DNA of 64,000 nt from Octopus sinensis (taxonomy: Eukaryota): positions 8,556,001 to 8,620,000 of the forward strand of contig NC_043001.1 of assembly GCF_006345805.1 (NCBI RefSeq), written 5' to 3'. How positions within the stretch are numbered: the stretch's first letter is position 1; each line of letters begins with the position of its first letter. Shown piece by piece: positions 1 through 13,850 of this stretch. Below the pieces are notes generated by a model that worked only from the letters and a program-made list of their open reading frames with translations, was not told where the DNA came from and did no database searches. Position numbers and translations under genes: made by a program.

Positions 1-93
1 ATTATATTGATTCGAATATCTTTGAATAAACTGATGTCTATACGTCAAGTTCTCAATTTTCTTCTTCTTCCCATCTCTCTTTCTCTCTCTCTC

Positions 94-129
<36 letters not shown>

Positions 130-759
130 CAAATGAAAGACAGAAAACAGAATATACGAGAATATATTATCAATGCCAACAATTGTTTCGACACATCTAG
201 CATCGATTCTTCTTGTGGGATAATTAACAACTGGTTCAGGAGCATCCGGTGGTGCAGATGTATCTCGTCGGGTGATAAATAAATAAATAATAACTCATCA
301 GCATGATTGTTCCACAATGCAATTTTCTGTTTTGTAGAGAGAAAACAGCCAGACAGGAAAATTCTTCATATATACAGAAGATCGAAAAATATAATTGCAG
401 AAGATAAAAAGAGAAACGAATACTTAATCCAGTGAGAAAAATATTGAAAATAACCGTTAACCAATATGGATGTATAAACGCCCTTGAGCAAGCTGCATAG
501 CACGAGCACACACGCTCATACAAGCATTACCAAAAATGTGAGCATACGCACACGAGTGTTTAGGTACAGTCATGATCACAAAGCGAGTTAGTTATTTAGT
601 AGGTGTTTAGAAGAACGGGGACGTTAAAAGCAAACTTACGTCATCCATATCTTAAATTAAAATAAAATTACATTACGCTAACGGCTACTCAAAAATATAT
701 ACATGACCGTAGAACCAGTCGTACAGGGAATTTAGTGTTTTAAATTCCATTTACGGATG

Positions 760-1090
760 ATTGCTTGCACATTGAAGAGACTATCTGCAAAATTTTCGAT
801 TGTATCAATATTTATTACAATTGTTTCTTACAAAGATTACCACAGCTCCCCCGATTTTCAAATCTCAGTCTTCGGTGGTTTATAACAAAATGTTCCACAA
901 ACTTCTCATTACAACAACGAACATCCTGTTTCAGATGCTTCTGTGCTCCGGGACTGAAGATAACCGCTATTTTTGTATAACTACACTCTAAAAGACAACG
1001 GTCTCTACTTCTATATTGCTGTATGTCAAAGTGTTGCTTTAAGAAGCTTACAGAAATATATTCATTCCCGAGAAAGCAGAGCATTAGACG
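760..1090 (-). mobile_element. Possible highly degenerate LINE AP-endonuclease remnant
   Basis: A minus-strand frame with stops reads ...DLKIGGAVVIFVRNN, resembling the APE GGGV.I.V motif. There is no other support. Confidence 0.25.
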
Positions 1091-1462
1091 AAGAAAATAA
1101 TGCGTTGTACTGTTATGGCTAGATATGGCTGGGAAAATGCTTGTAACACAAAATTAGAAATGTGGTAATAGTTTTCTCGACACTGTTGCTGTGAGGAACG
1201 AGAAGTGATGTGATATGTTTTTAAACGGACATATATTATACATGTCCGATGGTAACATTCGCTGAGATGTGACGTGCCTCTTCACGATATCGCGGAAACC
1301 AGGCATTTAAAACCGTAAATCATATGTTCTCTGGTCGAAACTAGATTATCAGTGAAAAGGAAATGACGTAGGAGAGGGAAATAATGCTGGTGAACTTATC
1401 GATGTATCTGCCATAAAATGCTTGGTCAGATGCAATGAAATGAATGAAGATATATATATATA

Positions 1463-1893
1463 CAGGGTCAGGCAAAATGATCTGACACATTTTAGGTTAA
1501 ATAAAAGGCAAATGAAGTAAAGAAACAAAAAAGTGTTTTTAATTTTGAAAAGTACATATAATGCCATTTTGTTTCATTATGTTTTAAAAATTAAATCAGT
1601 CAAATGGGATCCATTATTGTCCACACACTGTCGAAGACGTTCACGAAAGTTGTCAATAACTCGGCGGGTCATTTCATGTGGAATGGCAGTAATTTCTTGA
1701 CGAATTGCATCTTTAAGTTGTTCAATAGATCGAAGGCTATTAATGTATACCTTTGACTTGAGGTATCCCCAGAGAAAAAAATGAAACAAAATGGCATTAT
1801 ATGTACTTTTCAAAACTGAAAACACTTTTTTGTTTCTTTACTTCATTTGCCTTTTATTTAACCTACAAATGTGTCAGATCATTTTGCCTGACC

Positions 1894-1896
<3 letters not shown>
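1463..1896 (-). mobile_element. Internally deleted Tc1/mariner (rosa/DD41D-like) non-autonomous element with ~116-bp TIRs
   Basis: Inverted repeats at 1463-1578 and 1780-1896 (CAGGGTCAGGCAAAATGATCTGACAC...; 2 substitutions and 1 indel). TA lies on both sides, within a (TA)n tract. The interior encodes a transposase C-terminus. Confidence 0.9.
1577..1780 (-). pseudogene. Mariner transposase C-terminal fragment
   Basis: FFLWGYLKSKVYINSLRSIEQLKDAIRQEITAIPHEMTRRVIDNFRERLRQCVDNNGSHLTDLIFKT* matches the DFFLWGYLKSKVY...RL..C....G.H motif of rosa/DD41D-type transposases. Confidence 0.88.
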
Positions 1897-1938
<42 letters not shown>

Positions 1939-3128
1939 AATATTTAAACGTATATATATATATATATATATATGCCTCCACGTAACCGTCAAAAGCTGGC
2001 TTGTAAATTTCACTGTGAAGAGACAGACGATTCTGTGTATGTCAGTCTAAGAAATGCTTGACGAGTTCGAATAGTTAGGTTTAGACTGAAATATAAGACG
2101 GGAGCTTAGCAAGGACATGACGGCATGTGAATGGATTTAATATCGAAACACAAAAGGAACAAGAAGAAGTTGGAATGATGAAGGAAGGTCTGCAGAGTGA
2201 AATAGTAAATAAGTTTTATGAATGTGGGCCACAATTAAGGATAAGGATATCCAATCGAGTTATTTTGAAATTGGTCGGCTAGTTGCGTTTGGATATTTGG
2301 GAAGGAAATAACTGATGGGGGTGATGATATGGAAGGTAAGATGAAGGCAAGCAGACGGGAGGAAGAGCAGAAAGGGACGAGATAATCAATAGCAGTGGCA
2401 CCAAAAATCATTGCTGTACGTAGAACAGAGTATTGTCCATTGATGTCAATATTCTTGTCTGCGAAGGTCAGTCCATCACGCAGATGCTGCGCCAATTTGC
2501 CAGCTGGTTCGATCAAATTTTCATCCAGGCGTCAGATCGTGTACGCCAGAAACATTCAAACAATATGGTCGATTGTTCAAGTTGCATTTGTTTCACTTTG
2601 GTGAACTATCAGAAAATAAATTTGTTATGTTCTGTTGTATATATCCTAATGTTCGTGCAATAAATTAAATCTATGCTTGTCAATAGAAGTAACGTCAGCG
2701 TATTTGTTAGAGTGTGTTTATGATGTTGACGATCAACAAGATTTTAGAGAGTCTGTAGTGTCTAAGATTCATGCATATGTGCTATGAGTATTTCTGCAGG
2801 GCTTAGGAGACTTGGAGAATGATAATGACTGCGTGCTTTGCGTGTATTTGCATGTGACCGGGTGTCAAGTATAAATGTTTGTGCGGTGGTTAAGTGGCAG
2901 GATATCTTTATCTCTGTGTTATTGTGTCTGTGTGTTACTTGTAAAGTTAAGCTTGAGCGATTATCCCTCTGCGTGTGTGAGTTTTGATATATCTATGTTG
3001 CGCACGCGGGCATACACTTTTGCATGTGTCCAATGGTGAGTGTGTATGTGTTGTATGATAGAATTCACCTGTAAGTCTGCGAAGATAAATGACAAATAAG
3101 AAACAGAAATTGGAAACGTGTAATAACA

Positions 3129-3408
3129 AGCAAGGATTGGCTGTGTGGTAAGAAGCTTCCTAACCAACCACCAAATGTATGTATGTGTGTGTGGGGGAAG
3201 TGTCTGTGTTTGTCCCCCCTAGCATTGCTTGACAACCGATGCTGGTGTGTTTACGTCCCCGTCACTTAGCGGTTCGGGAAAAGAGACCGATAGAATAAGT
3301 ACTGGGCTTACAAAGAATAAGTCCCGGGGTCGATTTGTTCGACTAAAGGCCGTGCTCCAGCATGGCCGCAGTCAAATGACTGAAACAAGTAAAAGAGTAA
3401 AAGAGTAA
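3129..3408 (+). mobile_element. SINE, family C (GGCTGTGTGGTAAG head; AAGAGTAA tail)
   Basis: tRNA-like head, body CGGTTCGG..AAAGAGACCGATAGAATAAGTAC and tail AAATGACTGAAACAAGTAAAAGAGTAAAAGAG. Homologous to copies at 14315, 31745, 37996, 41560 and 59035. Confidence 0.8.
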
Positions 3409-3757
3409 GTAAACTTTACTACGAGCATACTTATGAAGGGATGCCCCACATCATTAGCGCAAACAAAATGTCTTGTTATATTCGAGAGAACTAATTTCCC
3501 TCTCGTACTACATTAGTACACAAAAGAGATATTAACCTCTTCTTTCTTTGGCAGTGATGTTGCAGTAGTTGATACCATAACACTCGCCAAATGCCATTCC
3601 ATATCTAAAGTTGGTTTTAGATATGCTTGGCAATCTGTTGATTTGATGATAAAATCTATTTATAAGCTATTTCCTTATATAATGTAACATTAATGAAACC
3701 TAAGTTAGTTTTATATCTAGTCACACACATACACATATACATATACATATACATATG

Positions 3758-3836
<79 letters not shown>

Positions 3837-3837
3837 A

Positions 3838-4064
3838 TATTAGGGAATGAATCCAAAATTACAGGGAAAAATCAGATTTAGGGTTAAATCCAATTTTATA
3901 GTAAAATATTAAATAATATAATTCGAGACAAAACCACTATCTTAAAACCAAACAAGGAAAGACTTAATCAATACATAAAATTTTAATATAAATTAAATAA
4001 CCGACACTACAATTGATTAAGTCTTTCCTTGTTTGGTTTTAAGATAGTGGTTTTGTCTCGAATT
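3838..4064. mobile_element. (TA)n-flanked dispersed repeat with internal 53-bp perfect hairpin
   Basis: Starts TTAGGGAAT.AATCCAAA.TTACAGGGAAAAATCAGATTTAGG, shared with 11227 and partly with 4228 and 53820. Arms 3920-3972 and 4012-4064 are exact reverse complements. Confidence 0.8.
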
Positions 4065-4065
4065 T

Positions 4066-4131
<66 letters not shown>

Positions 4132-4227
4132 GAAATATTAAAATTACTAAGTCTTGAGAATGCCATATTAATATGGCGATAACAATTAATTTATATATAT
4201 ATATGTATATATATAAATTAATAATAA

Positions 4228-4395
4228 ATATTAGGGAATAAATCCATGAAACGATCGTAGTGTTATATTAATTATATGTTTTTAATAATTTTGTTATATA
4301 TTTAAATAATATAAATTAAATAATCTTATGTATTGGCTTAAGTTTTTCATTGTATGATTTGCCTAATAGTGGCTTTGTCTCTAATTTAATATAAT
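4228..4395. mobile_element. Partial copy of the same hairpin repeat family
   Basis: TTAGGGAATAAATCC head followed by an inverted arm TATTGGCTTAAGTTTTTCATTG...GCCTAATAGTGGCTTTGTCTCTAATTT. Confidence 0.65.
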
Positions 4396-4499
4396 ATATA
4401 TATATATAACTGGAAAAAAATTGTTAAGTATTGTGACATGGCGGGCATGTTAAACGTGATGGGTGTAAAACAATATGATCCTAGAGAATGGGGATATAA

Positions 4500-4611
4500 A
4501 GATAGACATACATGCAAACAGACAGACATACAAACTGACTGACTGACAGACAGGCAGATATATAGATAGACAGACAGACATACAGACAGACACACAGACA
4601 GACAGACAGAC

Positions 4612-4666
<55 letters not shown>

Positions 4667-4724
4667 CAGACAGACATACAGACAGACACACAGACAGACG
4701 GACAGATAGATAGATAGATAGATA
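4500..4724. repeat. Compound (GACA)n/(GATA)n microsatellite
   Basis: Tandem tetramers seen directly. Confidence 0.95.
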
Positions 4725-5854
<1,130 letters not shown>

Positions 5855-6835
5855 TGTTTCTTTATTAGCCACACAGGGCTACACACAGACGGGACAAATT
5901 ACAAGGTAGAGCTTTTCTTTTTGGGGATAAAAAAGGGGGTTTGGTTTTCGATCAAAAGGGATTGTAAAAGAAAAGAAAGAGGAAAGCAAACAAAATGGGG
6001 GGAATAAAAGGAAACAGAAATAAAATCGATCAATAGGGATCGTTATCACAGAAATTTCAATATAAAGTGTAAAGGGAAGGACAGGTGAGGTTTACCCGTG
6101 GAAAGAAAAGCATACGGAAAAGACCACGGTAACCTTGGTCAATGAAGTCACGTTATATATTTTTACAAATAAGCAACTCTCCGTATTAATTTTTACGGTT
6201 CATATGATCATGGTCAATGTGGCTTCGTCATTCATACGTGCCATCCTTGCTACATTCACCCATCATTTTTTAAAACATTCACTAGACCAAACTTGCCTCT
6301 CTCCTCTCACTTTCCTCTTCAAGTGATACTTGAAGAAGTTGATGAGAGATTAACCAGAGAGGAAAGTGTTTGTCTCTAATCCTTTTAGGCGCGTCCACCA
6401 GATACATTCTTTCGCCATAGCCACAAGGATGATAAAAATAGCTCTTCCTTCCCGTTTGAAGGAAGGAGGCGTGACGATATTAACGATAGACTCGGTTGAT
6501 AAACCGACACATCCCACACGTGACAGCAGTCGTTCGGCATAACCCCACAGGTTGGAGATTGTTGACACTGCACGATTGCGTGCAGAACGGTTTCGTCGCT
6601 CTGTCCGCATCTCGGGAAGGTCGGCCTCGTGTTTCTCGAACCATGCCTATAGAGCTTATCCCGAACGGGTAGCGCTTCTCGGTAGCACTGCCAGGCCAGG
6701 GATCTCTGGAAGTTGTCCACAGGTCCCGGCCCGAAAGTCGTCTCAAACAAACGGGTCAGGTATTCCTAGTCGACGCCCAGGTGCGCAACAAGATCGTCGT
6801 CCTACCTCCCCTCCACTAATCCCCTGTAGAATGCT
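5855..6835 (-). mobile_element. Tx1/L1-clade LINE, 5'-truncated copy 2 (frameshifts and stops)
   Basis: ORF remnant 6200-6835 ([37 protein letters not shown]...) is homologous to copy 1, with the same 3' end. Confidence 0.88.
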
Positions 6836-7018
<183 letters not shown>

Positions 7019-7555
7019 GTGGAACGAAAACAATAGAAACACCCACGGAAATATACGGTTTCACGATTTCTCTTTTGCAACGTGATAATTTCCTGTAATA
7101 GATTTTTTTTTTAAATTTGCGAATCACGCGTAGGGATTTCATGGGGAATTTCATGTTAAAATAATATAATTTGTATGTTTTATTAATTTTTAATTACCTA
7201 ATTCCAGCTTTCTTTAAATTTAACTAATATATAAAATGGTGGAATTTGAAATTTCATTCTATAAATTTTCGTCTGTATGTATGTAACGGTTTTAAATTTT
7301 ATTTCTTTGATAGACTTCCACCATAATTACTTTCTTAAACCACTTCAAAGAATCTATATTTTAGACAAGAAAGCTTAGGAACAATAGGTATAGAGGATAT
7401 TTGAATTTCATATTTTGAAAAGGGCAACAGGAGTGTCTTATACCGACGCCGAACGTCGCAATTTGTGCGGATCCTTTATACTCTCGTAAGTATGAAAAGT
7501 TTTACAATACCTATATATATATGTGTGTGTGTATGTACGTGTATGTATAGATATA

Positions 7556-7615
<60 letters not shown>

Positions 7616-7644
7616 TATACATACAGACACAGACACACACACTC

Positions 7645-8450
7645 TCATGTATATAAGTAAAATAGGACAAGGTAGAAAATGCTATAATAATTTTATGACG
7701 AATAACATTTTAGTGCCGGTTTCAGACTTTGCGTCTTTTTCATGAATGTTCATATTCAGTATTTGAGGAAACCCTATAAAGTTTCCCCAGAGGGCCTTAT
7801 ATACAATAATTGATAGATTTCAAAAATATTTGTATGAATGCGAATTATTCTTATGGAATAAAACATATTATTCTGCAAAATTTATTGTGACACTGGTACT
7901 ACATAACTCATAAATTTTGTTCCAAAATATTCGCAATTGTAAAGCAATATTCATATTATATATGTTAATAATACCGTCCTAATGTTTATATAGATCATCT
8001 TTTAACGTTTAATCTTGATTTAATGCTTTATGCACACTATTGAAATATTAGTCAATCATCTTGCCTTTTATTTTTTTCTAGATTTAATAATCTTGTTTCC
8101 TTTTAAACCTGATCATTTATAAAGAAATATGTTTCGGAAAATTCAGTTTATTTGATATCAAAAATTAATATTTGTTTTGATGGTCATAAATGAGATTAAA
8201 TGAGGTGTTTTCAGAAAATATTAACGACTTCGTATCTTTACTAAACCTCATCGTACGGAGTTCAATAATTAATTATTTATGGATAGATTTAATGACAATC
8301 AGATAAGCGCAATTAAAGCTGCTTACACAATGTATTTTCAAAGTGAGGCAAGCTTTATGTATTTATTATATAAATTTATTAATAAAGATTACAATTTCAG
8401 TTATTTTAATGCATTAATTTTTTTCCTTTGAATTTTAGCATACGGAAAGG
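7645..8450 (-). mobile_element. Degenerate Penelope-like element 3' end
   Basis: 7655-7745 is homologous to 11550-11645 and has a decayed hammerhead-like ...AGTCTGAAACCGGCAC on the minus strand. The adjacent AT-rich sequence only weakly resembles a PLE ORF end. Confidence 0.35.
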
Positions 8451-9220
8451 TTTAGCGCAACATTTAAGAGATTGAAATCCATATATTGCACTCACACGGT
8501 CCGATATTTAAGAGAAAGTAAAGCATATATATTATGTTCCATCATTTCTATATTTTGTTATTTAAATAATTATTAGAAATAGACGTTCTTACCAAAGCAC
8601 AGTTGAAGCTTTTATTCACAAGATTGCCCAAAATACATATACCCCAAATATTGGGTAAATATGCGTGTGAGTGATTTTGTATGCGTGTGTGTGTGTGTAT
8701 GTGTGAATGTATATATCAATGTATGTATCTTTGCATGTATGTTTGTTTTTATATATGTATGTATGTACAAGCACACATGCTTGTATATATATATATATAT
8801 ATGCATATATGTATTATTATTTCATCTGAAATCAATGGATATGCAGCAGCCATTGTATAATGATCGGTGGTGAAATTATCACAACTCATTCTAGGGTTAT
8901 GAAATTACACTTGGTATCTTAGGAGACAGTTTGTTTCATTTCAATTTAATTACATCTACATTAACTCGTTAATGTTGTTAGAGTAACATTAAATGGAAGC
9001 CACTGATGGAATCACAATTTTGTTATTACTTCATCGTTTGCCGTATATGATACCGTCATAATCGGTATTGTTGGTAAGAACACTTCTTATTGTTTCTCCA
9101 TGCAAATTGCAATTTCATTTATATAAGTAGGTTTCAGTTGTAAATAACTGCAATATGATACTGATACAAATAATTGAATTGTAGCAATTACTTATTTAGG
9201 AACACCCATGTACGCACGGC

Positions 9221-9266
<46 letters not shown>

Positions 9267-9274
9267 TATATATG

Positions 9275-9399
9275 TGTGTCTTTAAAGCAACGGTTCGGTA
9301 ATAGAACACGATAGAGTAAGCACAAATCATCAAAATAATTACGAGGGGTGGTGGAATTTTCTGACAACACCCCACCATGGGTGCTCTCCAATGACTGAA

Positions 9400-9449
<50 letters not shown>

Positions 9450-9815
9450 CATTTTAAAATGAGGGTGAAAAATTGGATATTAATTTGATTGAGATCAATT
9501 TAAAACCAGTGGTCTAGCATAGTAAAATCTGAAGGTTCAGAAAATTGTATTATATACATATGAGAGGGATGACCATTATGTGGACAACCATTATTCTAGA
9601 AGTAGATCCGCTATGGTCTTACCACTGAGAAATGTTCTCATGTTCATGTTTATGGTTAATCTATATTTTTGTTGCTTTTCATTTGTCTTGCTCGCATAAG
9701 TTCTTGTGTTTGCTAAATATTCTTGGGAACATTTCTTAGTGGTAAGACTATAGCGGATCTACTTCTAGCATAAGGGTCGTCCACGTAATGGTCATCCCTC
9801 ACATATGTATGTAAT

Positions 9816-9862
<47 letters not shown>

Positions 9863-9985
9863 CAGTCATTGGAGAGCACCCATGGTGGGGTGTTGTCAGA
9901 AAATTCCACCACCCCTCGTAATTATTTTGATGATTTGTGCTTACTCTATCGTGTTCTATTACCGAACCGTTGCTTTAAAGACACA
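9275..9985. repeat. Nested inverted duplication
   Basis: Outer arms 9275-9400 and 9860-9985 are 100% reverse-complementary (126 bp). Inner arms ~9550-9640 and ~9724-9815 are reverse-complementary with scattered mismatches. (TA)n tracts sit at the junctions. Confidence 0.92.
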
Positions 9986-11177
9986 TAAATGTAATAAGAT
10001 ACTTAATGATATTTGTGTGCACACTTATATTTATGTGTCTTTAAATAATAATATTTAAAGACACATAAATGTAATAACGCGGACGAACGCATGCGTATAG
10101 AAGCACGCACACAACGAGGATTCCGCAGTGTCCATTGACGAAATTCACAGACATAAATGTTCTCGTTTTGTTATGTAGCTAATTCAACCGTAAGATATTT
10201 AATGCAGGGCACATTAACATGACAATTTAAATTAATCATGCTTTGACAAAATATATCGAATATATTTCACCAATAATATTTAGAGATGAAGAAGACAAAA
10301 ATATAATTGTCATCAATGCATAGACGAGATCCGATAAGCGTCTCAAAATGTAATATCCATTAAGTACATAAGATAAAGTGAGATTATCTATGTAATTGGC
10401 AGACTAATTCTCCCTTTGAGACTCAAGAACTCTAAAGAAAAACGAACGCGGAAAGTATTTTCAATAAAAGGAATTCATTTAATGGTTTTCTGCTATATAT
10501 TAGGAATATAGGCAGTCGCTCGATGAACGTATCTAAAATGTTTTGGTGTAGAACAAAAATGGGTGCTCGGCTTTATTAGACATGCACATTGACGCCTATA
10601 TTCCATTTTTGCGAAGATTAACAATGGATAATGTATAATGAGGAAATGATCTGAGGTTCTTAAAAAATATAAACTGATGGGAAACACCTCAAGGGAATAT
10701 TTTACATAGTAATTTCCAGTACGTTTAGTTTCTTATACAGGGAATACAGAGGGAACAAAAGCTTCTATTAATAGTTTTTACGCAAATAGTTATTCGACAA
10801 AAATGCCTTTATTCCAGAATAGAGCACTTTTCATTCGTATTTTTTCATCTAAATATTTCCGCTGACTCACGCTCGAGTTTCATTGATAGGAAATATTCTT
10901 TAACCGATAACAGAGGCATCTTAGATTATTGAATTAGGGTTTGGTAGCTATTAATAACGTTGCATTTCAAATACTTCTTTCATCAGCCATAATGATATTT
11001 GTGTGCACACTTGCGATAATATTCCAAAGATGTGTGTCTATATTCATTTGTGTCGCTGCCTCTGCATACGAATGTACTCCCCCCCACACACACACATACA
11101 CACCCACACACATATGTATATACACATATGTGTGTGCGCGCACGTGTTTGTTTCTATATACATAGATATGTGTGTAT

Positions 11178-11220
<43 letters not shown>

Positions 11221-11226
11221 CTAAAA

Positions 11227-11477
11227 TATTAGGGAATAAATTCAAACTTACAGGGAAAAATCAGATTTAGGATTAAATCCAATTTTATAGTATAAATATA
11301 TTATATTATATTGTATTAAATTAGAGATAATACCACTATTAGGCAAATCAAACAATGAAAAACATAAGCCAATACATAAATTTAATTTAATTTATATTAT
11401 TTTAAATATATATCAAAAGTGTTAAAATATATATTAAAAGTATTGATTTGCCTAATAGTGGTTTTATCTCTAATTTA

Positions 11478-11485
<8 letters not shown>
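11227..11485. mobile_element. (TA)n-flanked hairpin repeat family copy
   Basis: Same head as 3838. ATTAAATTAGAGATAATACCACTATTAGGCAAATCA recurs inverted at ~11445-11482 with 1 mismatch. Confidence 0.8.
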
Positions 11486-11519
<34 letters not shown>

Positions 11520-11549
11520 AACACACACATACACACACACACACATATA

Positions 11550-11645
11550 TATAAGTAGAATAGAACAAGGTAGTAAATGCTAAATGGTTTTATCACGAAG
11601 AACATTTTAGTGCCGGTTTCAAACTTTGTGCCTTTTTCATAAAAA
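11550..11645 (-). mobile_element. Short repeat (probable Penelope-like terminus) homologous to 7655-7745
   Basis: ATAAGTA.AATAG.ACAAGGTAG.AAATGCT...AACATTTTAGTGCCGGTTTCA.ACTTTG.G.CTTTTTCAT is shared by both copies. Confidence 0.6.
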
Positions 11646-11732
11646 AAAATTATATTGTAGACAAATTTAATGAAATGTTTTTCAAGATATTTTCATACGT
11701 TTCAAATACGTGGGACATTTTCTTTTTTCTTT

Positions 11733-11771
<39 letters not shown>

Positions 11772-11810
11772 TACTTCTGTGAAATCTCGGTTGGTAGATG
11801 GGTAGGTAGG

Positions 11811-11845
<35 letters not shown>

Positions 11846-11949
11846 GTAGGTAGGTGGGTAGGTAGGTAGGTAGGTAGTAGCAGATCTCAAGAAATATTTA
11901 ATATGAAGGAAGTTGGTTGTGGATGTTAATTGTTTATGCAGCAGTGGCC

Positions 11950-12047
11950 GAGGAAGGAGAAGAAGAAGAAGAAGAAGAAGGGGAAGAAGAAGAAGAAGAA
12001 GAAGGGGAAGGAGAAGAAGTACGAAGAAGAAGAAGAAGAAGAAGAAG

Positions 12048-12079
<32 letters not shown>

Positions 12080-12090
12080 GAAGAAGAAGA
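11950..12090. repeat. (GAA)n purine tract
   Basis: Tandem trimers abutting the 3' end of a Penelope-like element. Confidence 0.92.
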
Positions 12091-13345
12091 AGTACAGTAG
12101 GGAGTGTTTCGACAGTAGTAGCCTTTTGGTAGATGCTTTCTTAATGCTCAAGTGATCTAGAAGTTACCTGCTGTGGTTACAGCGGTAGTGATTGGAATAT
12201 TTCTGAATATATCGTTTTTAATATTTGCATGGGTATTACTCTAAGGTCGTTGTAGTAGTGTCAACTGTGGTGGAAGTATTCAAAAAGAGTTTATATTTTG
12301 CGATAATAAAATAACTCTGTGTGAATGCGCTACTTATAGGTTGCATTGTCCTTGAATTTATTGAGTGGAAAAATTCTGAATTTAGGTTCTTCGTTAGTAG
12401 TACAAATGTCGTTGTGTTCGCTAAATGTTATTTTTCTGATTTCCCGAATTTTAATCTGGGATCTATAGAGGTTCATCCTCCATAGAATGTTTTGGTTTGG
12501 CCTATGTATTGCTCTCGACACGCAGAGCAAGTTAATACACATATCAATCTTTCCGAAGCTCATGTGAAATTGTTTATCAGCGTAAAACGTTGACCCGGTT
12601 TGAAAGAGAACTCCGATCTGTCAATTAGGTTGTTGCATATACCATAGTTAGCTCTTCCACATTTTTTTACTGACTGTTTCAATGTTGTTATCAAGTCTAC
12701 TTCGAATTGTGTTAGAAGACTTTTCATTGACTTGCGTTGTCTTTTGCTCTTCATGATGTTGTGCGTTTGAAGGATTAGATTCATTCTCTGGTTCCTTTTA
12801 TTAGAGGAATTTCTGGAGGGTTGAGTCGAAGGTATTCTTGTTAAGAGTGTTGATTGTGGAGATTTATGGTAGGGCTTTTGGTCGAGTTTTAGGGCCTGCT
12901 GAAATCGTATATAACTTAGTGATGATCGATAGTTCCTACTGATAAGAGTATCCTTTTTGTTTCTGTAGTCGTGTGTCAGTGGTGCTTGTATTAGAAACTG
13001 TAGAACAAATCCATTTTTGCCATGTTGAAGGGGATATTCATTCTAGTGTGTGTCTGGTGTGGCATGAGTTGAATTGTAGATAATGCTTGGAGTCCGTGGG
13101 CTTATAATATATCGTTGTTGGATTTCGAGGAATGGAAGTTGTTGATGTCTATATTTCATTGTAAATTAGATGTTTATATCCAGTTCATTTATAAGTGCTT
13201 CTTATGTAGTGGGAAAATGGGTTTCCTTATTTTTCCGTATGTTTCTAGTACCTTACGATAAAGACTGATTTCTAGATATCCCATGAATAGGTTAGCAAAG
13301 GAGGGGACCATTCTCGTAAGTTATGATTTTCTACAGAATTCCGCG
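12090..13345 (-). mobile_element. Penelope-like retroelement (RT C-terminal half + GIY-YIG endonuclease), degenerate
   Basis: MVPSFANLFMGYLE (RT) near 13300; YKPTDSKHYLQFNSCH; MNLILQTHNIMKSKRQ..KCGRANYGIC; frameshifted GIY-YIG region. Homologous to 35395-36400. Confidence 0.85.
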
Positions 13346-13667
13346 ATCTCTTCTTTTATTTCGTTGTAGTTGGGGCGCTGGGGGTGGGGTCTTGAGCTCT
13401 TTGGTTTCACCTGTTTGTCAGTAAAAAAGAGAACGCCTATGCTGAACTCTTGCCAAATCTACAGTTACTCTATCCAGATTACTAGTTCAGGTTTATACCG
13501 TTACTTACTGGGGAACTGGGATATGCAATACACTGCTTACATACCAATCTTGAGAAATTAGGCTTCTCAATACTAGAAATCAGAAAGCTAATTCGAAGAC
13601 TACAGACCCAGTCCATCACTGGAACTGTAAAAATCTGTAAATTTTCTAGAAGTTTATCATTTAAATG

Positions 13668-13850
13668 TAGTTAGTTAGTTAGTTAGTTAGTTAATTTTTG
13701 GCTCAAAAAGCAAAAGCAAGTCCATGTAGGGAGACATGGAGTTACGTACAGAGTGGTGTTCATGTAAAAAGTTCAGGCCATTTGTTGTCAAGGGAGACTT
13801 TGAACCGAGCGGTCGTCGGCATCTTCACTATCTCGTCCGGCAGGTCACTA
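13668..13850 (-). mobile_element. CR1-group LINE 3' end with (TAAC)n tail
   Basis: The minus strand encodes LPDEIVKMPTTARFKVSLDNKWPELFT* (stop at 13760-13762), the CR1 LP..VV....FK..LD terminus. A short UTR and (CTAA)n follow. Confidence 0.75.

Noticed and set aside
2235-2620. Higher-complexity ORFs of 69-93 aa
   Set aside because: No recognisable motif in any frame. They may be a decayed retroelement end but cannot be supported.
7020-7500. Possible Helentron/DINE-like element
   Set aside because: Only vague resemblance (a GTCTGTATGTATG core and a short hairpin). Termini could not be defined.
11805-11880. (TTAG)n/(GGTA)n tract as telomeric repeat or CR1 tail
   Set aside because: It is not TTAGGG, and no CR1 3' end adjoins it, unlike 13668. 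Treated as a plain microsatellite.
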